Shown piece after piece: positions 1 through 5,637 of a stretch of 14,451 bases of DNA. The DNA is from Conexivisphaerales archaeon (lineage in GTDB: Archaea > Thermoproteota > Nitrososphaeria > Conexivisphaerales > DTJL01), in contig JBEKZX010000036.1 of assembly GCA_049509455.1 (NCBI GenBank), positions 1 through 14,451 on the forward strand, given 5' to 3'. The position numbers and the translations under genes were made by a program. Numbering within the stretch: the first letter of the stretch is position 1; each line of letters starts with the position of its first letter. The notes under the pieces were generated by a model. It did not search any database. It saw nothing but the letters and a program-made list of their open reading frames with translations, and was not told the origin of the DNA.

Positions 1-72
1 TGGATCATATTGGCGATCATCTTCCTGATCGTGGTCACGAGCTCTACCTCGAAAAAGAAGAAGACGGCATGA
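1..72 (+). CDS. 3' end of a membrane protein gene (partial): C-terminal hydrophobic helix followed by a Lys-rich tail
   Basis: Frame +1 reads WIILAIIFLIVVTSSTSKKKKTA then TGA at 70-72. This is a hydrophobic stretch followed by a basic stop-transfer tail; the start lies outside the window. Confidence 0.5.
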   Translation, partial: WIILAIIFLIVVTSSTSKKKKTA

Positions 73-142
73 GACGGGCGAACGGTGCTTTACGGTTCAG
101 AAACAAAGCAAATAAAACGCTTTCCAGTGTAAGAGCCCGTAG

Positions 143-580
143 TTGTCGAACGCGCAGAGCGGGCTGACGATCATGAGGAGGGATCTTGATTCCATTATGC
201 GCCAGGGGAAGGCGGAGCTGCCGTCGGAATGTTGTGGCCTCATGATCGGGAGAAGAGAGGGGGAGAGATGCGTCTGCCACCACATCCGTCCCACCGGGAA
301 CGCCGACAAGTCTCCTTACAGCTTCACCATCGCACCGGAGGAACTCCTGAAAGGCTACCGTCATGCTGACGACGTGAGCATGGAACTCGTGGGGATCTAC
401 CATACCCACCCTGCCCGACCCTTCCCGTCTAGCGTCGACCTGGGGTTCATGAAATGGAGCGCACCGGTCTGGCTGATCGTCTCGAGCCTGAACTGGGCTT
501 ACGCCGCCTATGTGCTGGAGGGGGGACGGCCGGTCAAGGTCAACGTAACACTGGTCCAGCCAAGCTTTTATCGACAGTAA
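143..580 (+). CDS. JAMM/MPN+ (Mov34) family metalloprotease, desampylase/Mec-like
   Basis: Complete JAMM motif: Glu in PSECCGLMIG, then HTHP-x4-PS-x2-D (YHTHPARPFPSSVD). TTG start at 143; alternative ATG at 173. Confidence 0.9.
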   Translation: MSNAQSGLTIMRRDLDSIMRQGKAELPSECCGLMIGRREGERCVCHHIRPTGNADKSPYSFTIAPEELLKGYRHADDVSMELVGIYHTHPARPFPSSVDLGFMKWSAPVWLIVSSLNWAYAAYVLEGGRPVKVNVTLVQPSFYRQ

Positions 581-685
581 CGACCTATCCCTTGGAGGGG
601 ACCGGCTTTAGAACCTTGGTGGAACCGCAGAGACTTCAAGAAGCTTTTCGATGACCTCGATAAGGAGCCCGAAGACATTCTCGAA

Positions 686-1153
686 ATGTTCGAGAAGACG
701 TTGAAGTCGTTCGAGAAGTTCCCCGTCGATAGCGAGTTTGAAGGCTCCTTCTTCTATGGTTTTTCGATTACGCAGGGGCCGGAGGGCAAGCCAGTCATCA
801 GGGAGTTCGGGAACGTCAAGCCATCTGGCTATACCGTCGCCAGGTCGGAGGTTCGCGAGCCCATGGTGGATACCGTCTATGACCACAAACACAACGAGCT
901 GAGGGTCGTCGTCGATATGCCCGGCGTCGTCTCTGACGAAATTTCTTTCTCCGTCCGCCGGCGCGGCGTAAGCGTAAGGGCGTCAGACGGCGACCGGAGA
1001 TATGAGGCGGAGGTCCCTCTTGACGTGCCCGTGGAAAACAGGCCGCTGAGGAAGACCTTCAACAACGGCATATTGGAACTGGTCCTCAGACCCAAGCCGG
1101 AAGCACGAGGTCGGAGGGGTGCAGGGGCCAAGAAATCGAAGGCGCAGCGATAA
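686..1153 (+). CDS. hsp20: Archaeal small heat-shock protein Hsp20; the true N-terminus probably extends to about 608
   Basis: Archaeal Hsp20 signature YGFSITQGPEGKPVIREFGNVKP, and an alpha-crystallin domain with DMPGV and FNNGILEL. The frame stays open upstream with Hsp20-like EPWWNRRDFKKLFDDLDKE. Confidence 0.9.
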   Translation: MFEKTLKSFEKFPVDSEFEGSFFYGFSITQGPEGKPVIREFGNVKPSGYTVARSEVREPMVDTVYDHKHNELRVVVDMPGVVSDEISFSVRRRGVSVRASDGDRRYEAEVPLDVPVENRPLRKTFNNGILELVLRPKPEARGRRGAGAKKSKAQR

Positions 1154-1164
1154 CCTTTTTATCA
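1148..1164 (+). promoter_or_regulatory. Putative BRE/TATA of the tRNA-Tyr gene; the T-run may also terminate the hsp20 transcript
   Basis: GATAAC followed by TTTTTATC (1156-1163). Normal archaeal spacing would put the transcription start near 1184-1187, about 10-13 nt before mature position 1. Confidence 0.5.
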
Positions 1165-1205
1165 GGAGCTCAAGGAGCTTCAAACTGGTCCCGCGTCCCG
1201 CGGTA

Positions 1206-1233
1206 AGGACCTCCTTTCAGGGGGTTCCCGCAG
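1206..1233 (+). other. tRNA intron 1 (28 nt) at position 9/10 with a relaxed BHB motif
   Basis: Central helix GCGG(1200-1203)/CCGC(1228-1231); 3-nt bulges TA^A and AG^G; 8-bp intron helix 1207-1214/1220-1227 with two G-U pairs. There is no outer helix. Cutting after the second bulge nucleotide restores exactly U8-A9-G10. Confidence 0.85.
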
Positions 1234-1255
1234 GCTCAGCCTGGTAGAGCTTCCG

Positions 1256-1286
1256 ACATGGGCGGTTGCGACCGTCCGTGGGAGAT
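1256..1286 (+). other. tRNA intron 2 (31 nt) at position 30/31 with a full BHB motif
   Basis: Outer helix AG(1248-1249)/CT(1288-1289); central helix CTTC(1250-1253)/GGAG(1281-1284); bulges CG^A and AT^G; 10-bp intron helix 1257-1266/1271-1280 closing a TGCG loop. Confidence 0.9.
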
Positions 1287-1293
1287 GCTGTAG

Positions 1294-1339
1294 TGGTTGG
1301 CCCTGGCTGACCCGTCCAGCCTGCCAGGCATACACGGAA
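1294..1339 (+). other. tRNA intron 3 (46 nt) at the canonical position 37/38
   Basis: Central helix CTGT(1288-1291)/ACGG(1334-1337); bulges AG^T and AA^A. The outer helix is the anticodon stem. An internal hairpin GGCTG/CAGCC is present. Confidence 0.9.
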
Positions 1340-1418
1340 ACCGGAGTGTCGCAGGCTCAAATCCTGCCCGCGGGACCAACATAGCTCCCTAGGCTGGACC
1401 ACGATTCGAGAGCCGAGG

Positions 1419-2333
1419 TCAAAGCGCGGCCAGGACGTGGGCGGCGGCCTTGTCGGCGACCATCGCCAGGGACAGTATGAGGAGGTACAGCGCCGTGAAC
1501 TTGTAAGCCCTCCATGCCATGGCGGCCGAGTTCGTCACCATCAGGAGGTAGTCACTGAAGAGCAGGAGAGAGCCAAGGATGACCGCCACGCCAAGGTAGA
1601 CGTAGCCGAAGTAGCCGAAGGCGTAGAGGGAAAGAGAAGAAGCGACTAGAGCGACGCTGTTGATCATTATGGCCTTGGAGGTAGCCATGACGCCGGCGAC
1701 GACGGGCAGCATCGGAACGCCGGCCCCCTCGTACTGCTCGACGCCCTTTATGGCGAGCGCCCAGAAGTGGCTGGGGGTCCAGAGGAAGATGGCCATCCCG
1801 ATGAGGAAGGCTTCAAGGTTCACCGGGGCGACCGCTGTCCAGCCGGCCAAGAAGGCGAAGCTGCCGGAAGCGCCTCCGATGACTACGTTCCACGACGTCC
1901 TCCTCTTCAGAAGATAAGTGTATACAAAGGCATAGGTCACAAGCCCGGCCGCCACCATGGCCCCGCTCAATTGCGAAAGGCCGAAGAGCGCGACGCAGAC
2001 GCCGAGAGTTCCCATGACAATGCCAACGCTTAGGGCTTCCCTTGGGAGGACCTTCTTCGAGGGGATCGGGCGCGTGCTTGTCCGTTTCATCATCGCGTCG
2101 ATGTCCCTGTCGAAGTAGTTGTTCAAGGCGTTGGCCCCCGCCGTGGAGAGGAAGCCCGCCGCTGTCAAGAGGAGGATTCTGGGGGCGTCCACGGAGAGCC
2201 CTGACGCGAGAACGAGGCCGATGATGGATTCGGCCCACAGGAGGCTGAAGATCCTCAGCTTGAAGAGCGTGATGAAGGCTCTGAGCCTCTCCGATCCGGA
2301 GACCCTAGCGGCGACCGGGGCCTTAAGGGTCAA
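1419..2333 (-). CDS. cyoE: Protoheme IX farnesyltransferase (heme o synthase), UbiA family
   Basis: Motifs NNYFDRDIDAMMKRTSTRPIPS, YTYLLKRRT, GGASGSF and LWTPSHFWALAI. The probable start is TTG at 2333, overlapping the upstream TGA (TTGA), rather than the ORF-track start at 2369. Confidence 0.95.
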   Translation of the reverse strand: MTLKAPVAARVSGSERLRAFITLFKLRIFSLLWAESIIGLVLASGLSVDAPRILLLTAAGFLSTAGANALNNYFDRDIDAMMKRTSTRPIPSKKVLPREALSVGIVMGTLGVCVALFGLSQLSGAMVAAGLVTYAFVYTYLLKRRTSWNVVIGGASGSFAFLAGWTAVAPVNLEAFLIGMAIFLWTPSHFWALAIKGVEQYEGAGVPMLPVVAGVMATSKAIMINSVALVASSLSLYAFGYFGYVYLGVAVILGSLLLFSDYLLMVTNSAAMAWRAYKFTALYLLILSLAMVADKAAAHVLAAL

Positions 2334-2743
2334 TGGCCCGCCACCACGGTGATGCTGCCGACCATCCACAGATGATAGATGCAGTAGTAGCTGAACGTGC
2401 CCGTGGTGTTGAAGGTCACCGTGACCGACTGGCCGGCCAGGATGTCACCGGTGTTGAAGGATTTGTCCAACGCGGTGGCGGTGTGGACCGCAACGTCGTT
2501 GTTGTAGAACATGACGGTGCTGTTGACGCCCAGGACCAGCGTGATGTTCGCGGGCGAGAAACCCATGGATTGGTTGAAATACGCCCCGCTCACCATCACG
2601 ACGAGTACGCTGCCCGCCGGGGGCTTCGGGATGTTGCTGGCTGAGTAGAGGTGCGACGAGCCGATGTAGTCGAGGCCTCCGCCGATGCCGGCGGCCACCA
2701 GGAGGATTAGCGCGACGCCTGCTAGGGTACGGTTGACCTTCAA
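2330..2743 (-). CDS. Membrane-anchored type-1 blue copper protein (cupredoxin, plastocyanin-like), 137 aa
   Basis: N-terminal hydrophobic helix; FSPANITL strand; His in NDVAVHT; C-x2-H-x2-M loop (YCIYHLWM). The TTG start at 2743 overlaps the subunit I TGA stop. Confidence 0.88.
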   Translation of the reverse strand: MKVNRTLAGVALILLVAAGIGGGLDYIGSSHLYSASNIPKPPAGSVLVVMVSGAYFNQSMGFSPANITLVLGVNSTVMFYNNDVAVHTATALDKSFNTGDILAGQSVTVTFNTTGTFSYYCIYHLWMVGSITVVAGH

Positions 2744-4314
2744 ACGACGGGCACACCTCCAGCGGTCTCCTTCTGGGCGCGAATCACCTTGTAAAGGTTG
2801 TAGAGGAACGGAAGCTGGCCGATGCCAAGCACCAACGCGAAGACGAGCGCCAGGTCGAGCCATATGGCGTAAGTCGTCGTAAAGCCCAGCGTTTGAAGGA
2901 CCACGTTCGCCTCCCTCCTAGGCGCGCCCAGAAGGCCGAGCACCAAGAAACAGGTCGACATGCCGAAGCTGCCGATGAACGAAGCCCAAAAGTGTATCCT
3001 GCCCAGCACCTTACTGGGGAAATCGCGGTGAATGAGCAGCGGGAGGAGGAAGTAGAGGATGCCGAAGGAGGCCATCATGACCCCTGCCAGAGCGTTGAAA
3101 TGGAAGTGGGCCACAATGACGTAAGTGTTGTGCTGGTAGACGTCGAAGGCGACGGTGCCCGCCTCCTCCCCTATGAAACCGCCGATTATCCAGCCCGCGA
3201 TGCTGGCCACGATGAACATGGAGGGCGTGCTCCACCTGAACTTGCTCCTCCACATTACGGCGACCAGGGTGAAGACCGTCAGCCCAGACGCAAAGCCAAT
3301 CAGGTAGCTCATCGATTGCGAGAACAGGTTGATCCAGACCGGCTGGTTGACGTCCATGTACAGGTGATGGCTATAGACTCCTACACCGGAGACCAGGAGC
3401 AGCGGCCACGGAACTCTGGCCCAACGCTCGCTGGGAAGGGCTCTGTTGGCGAAGGTAGTCATGAGGTAGTAGTAGAGACCGATTACCATGAAGAAGGCGA
3501 AGTATACGATCGGGTGACCGTACAGCCAGAACAAGTTCTTGGCTAGGAGGGCGTTGACGTCGAAGGGAGGGGCGGTGATCTGGTAGAGGCCCAATATCTG
3601 TTCGATCATCACAGAAGGAGTGGAGAAGAGGAGGACGATGGTGGCGACCACGACACCGATGACGGGGATGGGGAGGGGTTCGAGCTTGTTCCAAGTTGAC
3701 GTAGGCATGTACGCGTCAAGGCCGATGCTCTGAATGAACCGGTAGAGGCTCGACTGAGTGTAGAACCTCTGTTGACTTGAACCGGGCATCTTGGTGGAGT
3801 AAACCGTCCTGAGCGCGACGTAGGCGAAGACTATGAATCCAACCTCGCTGCCTAGCGCCGACGCCAAGAATAGGGCCGTGGAGGCCGCTGTCCACGCGTT
3901 AGCCGAGTAGAACGGCAGGGGGTAGAGGTAGTACCAGCCAGCGGCGAACCCCATGCCGATGCTGACCAGCATCGCGTAGAAGCTGAACATGGTGATGACG
4001 CTAGCGGCTAGCGCCATCCTGTAGCTGTAGAGGGGCCTCTTCAGGAAATAGGCCAGGAGGAAGAAGGAGATACCGTAGGCGAACGGGAACTGCCAGCCTA
4101 CGAACATCCCCAAGCCGTGCGCCGTAAGAAGCTGGTAGAAGACCTGGGCTGTAGTGGCTGGGACGCCAGCCTGGTCCGTGCGCATCAACAATGCGAAGGA
4201 GCCAGCGATGATGAAGTTGATGAAGGAGATAACGATCAGGGCGAATGAGAGCCGGCGGATGTTGGCGGGAACCTCCCACTTGGTCTCCACCGACACCGCC
4301 GTCTCCTCGCCCAA
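2740..4314 (-). CDS. Heme-copper oxygen reductase subunit I, B-family (ba3-like)
   Basis: All six His ligands are present (TAHG, GHPIVY, SHH, AHFH) and the cross-link Tyr is retained. HPIVY replaces the A-family HPEVY. The helix VIII pattern ASGLTVFT matches the B-family K-channel analogue. Confidence 0.92.
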   Translation of the reverse strand: MGEETAVSVETKWEVPANIRRLSFALIVISFINFIIAGSFALLMRTDQAGVPATTAQVFYQLLTAHGLGMFVGWQFPFAYGISFFLLAYFLKRPLYSYRMALAASVITMFSFYAMLVSIGMGFAAGWYYLYPLPFYSANAWTAASTALFLASALGSEVGFIVFAYVALRTVYSTKMPGSSQQRFYTQSSLYRFIQSIGLDAYMPTSTWNKLEPLPIPVIGVVVATIVLLFSTPSVMIEQILGLYQITAPPFDVNALLAKNLFWLYGHPIVYFAFFMVIGLYYYLMTTFANRALPSERWARVPWPLLLVSGVGVYSHHLYMDVNQPVWINLFSQSMSYLIGFASGLTVFTLVAVMWRSKFRWSTPSMFIVASIAGWIIGGFIGEEAGTVAFDVYQHNTYVIVAHFHFNALAGVMMASFGILYFLLPLLIHRDFPSKVLGRIHFWASFIGSFGMSTCFLVLGLLGAPRREANVVLQTLGFTTTYAIWLDLALVFALVLGIGQLPFLYNLYKVIRAQKETAGGVPVV

Positions 4315-4872
4315 CTAGCCGCTCACCACTGTGAACGTCGTGACCATAAAGGGGTGTCCAAAGCCACAGTACTCGAGGCATCTTATCGTGTATACGCCAG
4401 GCTCCGTAAATGTGTATATGAAGTCGTTATCGTAGCCCGGCATCACCTGTTCCTGCATCAACAGAGTGCCGTTGGGGCTGTAGACCCCGAACCCATGGGT
4501 GACGTCCTTGGAGGTGACTATCCATTCGACGGGAGTGTTCGCTATGACCTTAGTGGAGTTGAGGGTCCAGCTGAACTGCTTAGCCACGACGGTGATCGCC
4601 TGGGTGGGCTGCAGCCTCCCGAAGGACAGCACGGGGATAAAGGGGAGGGTGAACGCCCAGAACCCTATGAATACGACGGCGATGGCCAGCACGTAGAGGC
4701 CCTTCTTGTGGTACCAGCCAGGCACCTTGTCGGCGTTCCTAGGATGGCGGGTGGTGTAGATGGCCCAGGCCATGAAGAACACTGCGATGCCTACGAGGAC
4801 CACGAGAAGACCTGCGAGGAAGTTGATTCCGAAGCCTACGTCTCCGGCCAGAGTGAAAACTGGTAGGGACAT
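4315..4872 (-). CDS. Heme-copper oxidase subunit II with a CuA centre, 185 aa
   Basis: Two N-terminal hydrophobic helices, DVTHGF, and an intact CuA motif CLEYCGFGHPFM. The probable start is ATG at 4872 (MSLPVF); the longer ORF runs through an AT-rich promoter region. Confidence 0.92.
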   Translation of the reverse strand: MSLPVFTLAGDVGFGINFLAGLLVVLVGIAVFFMAWAIYTTRHPRNADKVPGWYHKKGLYVLAIAVVFIGFWAFTLPFIPVLSFGRLQPTQAITVVAKQFSWTLNSTKVIANTPVEWIVTSKDVTHGFGVYSPNGTLLMQEQVMPGYDNDFIYTFTEPGVYTIRCLEYCGFGHPFMVTTFTVVSG

Positions 4873-4997
4873 TCGACCATCCGCTGAGTCTCGAGGCGAT
4901 TCATGGCTAATAAATGTGTTTGTCAGTATCCGTAAAAATTCTGATATTTGCGTTTCCTTCGTAAATCTTTTAAACAGTATTTCAATCATTAGCCATA
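4873..4997. promoter_or_regulatory. Divergent promoter region between the oxidase operon and the second cupredoxin
   Basis: The region is AT-rich. On the plus strand, CGTAAAT (BRE-like) precedes TTTTAAA at 4968-4974, 23 nt before GTG 4998 (leaderless spacing). On the minus strand, TTTATTA lies at 4914-4908. Confidence 0.6.
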
Positions 4998-5597
4998 GTG
5001 ACGGTATTGTCTAGCCAAACTACACCAATCGGTGTCTGGGTGGCGATAGGGATTTCTCTTGCGGCCCTCGTCTTTGCGATGGCGGTCTACACCGAAGTAG
5101 CGACCACGAACACCGTGACCTTACCTGCGAACATAAACCAACAGCTCACCAATATCCAGGCTTTGCTCGGCTCGTTGCCTGCCGTGAACCAGACCCCGAC
5201 GACGAGGAACGTGCTAGTCGAATGGGGGATAGACTATGCTGGGCTGGATAGCTTCTCCCCGACCTTGATCGTGGTCAACCAGGGAGACACCGTTGCTATC
5301 ACCTTCATCAGCAACGACACCGGTGACGGCCACACGTTCACTATCGACACGGGGCCCTACGACTTCCAAATCAACATTACGGCGCCAGGCCTGATGAACA
5401 CGCTCAACGGCCAGGAATTCACGACACCACCCACCAACAACTCGCCCGGCGTGAATGTGACGGGGTCCGCGGGAAGCCTGACGGGCACTGGAAGCTTCGT
5501 GGCGAGCGCGGCGGGCGTCTACGAGTACGTTTGTGTTTACCACCGCTATATGATAGGATATTTAGTGGTGCTTCCCAACTCGGCTTACTCGCCTTAG
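4998..5597 (+). CDS. Membrane-anchored type-1 blue copper protein (sulfocyanin/rusticyanin-like cupredoxin)
   Basis: N-terminal transmembrane helix; FSPTLIVVNQGDTV; His in DGHTFTI; C-x2-H-x2-M loop (YVCVYHRYM). Confidence 0.85.
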   Translation: MTVLSSQTTPIGVWVAIGISLAALVFAMAVYTEVATTNTVTLPANINQQLTNIQALLGSLPAVNQTPTTRNVLVEWGIDYAGLDSFSPTLIVVNQGDTVAITFISNDTGDGHTFTIDTGPYDFQINITAPGLMNTLNGQEFTTPPTNNSPGVNVTGSAGSLTGTGSFVASAAGVYEYVCVYHRYMIGYLVVLPNSAYSP

Positions 5598-5637
5598 GCT
5601 AGAAGCACGTCCGTGCAGCGGGCCTCTCTCGTTCGTT

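Larger units (their letters stand above)
1197..1378 (+). tRNA. tRNA-Tyr(GTA) with three introns and encoded CCA. Exons 1197-1205, 1234-1255, 1287-1293 and 1340-1378 give a 77-nt mature tRNA.
   Basis: The joined exons form a complete cloverleaf: acceptor CCCGCGG/CCGCGGG (7/7 Watson-Crick), U8-A9, D arm GCTC-AGCCTGGTA-GAGC, anticodon stem TCCGG/CCGGA, loop CT-GTA-GA, variable loop GTGTC, T arm GCAGG-CTCAAAT-CCTGC, then A73 and CCA. C1:G72 with A73 are the established archaeal/eukaryal tyrosine identity elements, and G15:C48 is present. Confidence 0.95.

Noticed and set aside
1297-1331. Possible nested BHB (intron within intron 3): TTGG/CCAG helix with CCC and GCA bulges
   Set aside because: The flanking helices are only 1-3 pairs, mostly G-U, and stronger competing hairpins exist (GGCTG/CAGCC, CCTGGC/GCCAGG). 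Removing it does not improve the outer motif.
1294-1339. Intron-encoded C/D box guide RNA
   Set aside because: A CTGA (box D-like) occurs at 1307-1310, but there is no box C (RTGATGA) and the intron is short.
1217-1402. 61-aa minus-strand ORF
   Set aside because: It is antisense to the tRNA-Tyr gene and has no protein features.
2893-3546. 217-aa plus-strand ORF and similar antisense ORFs (4354-4866, 10932-11591, 12681-13193, 13802-14305)
   Set aside because: They lie opposite well-supported genes, have no recognisable motifs, and are expected as shadow ORFs in GC-rich DNA.
2740-4314. Nitric oxide reductase or quinol oxidase assignment
   Set aside because: The cross-link Tyr and all three CuB His are retained, as in O2 reductases, and subunit II has a complete CuA motif, unlike quinol oxidases.
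4873-4989. 39-codon N-terminal extension of subunit II in the ORF track
   Set aside because: It runs through the AT-rich divergent promoter and does not resemble subunit II; ATG 4872 fits better.
5605-5616. Palindrome GCACG-TC-CGTGC between convergent genes, as a terminator
   Set aside because: The 2-nt loop is too tight for a hairpin, there is no T-tract, and it is plausible by chance at this GC content.
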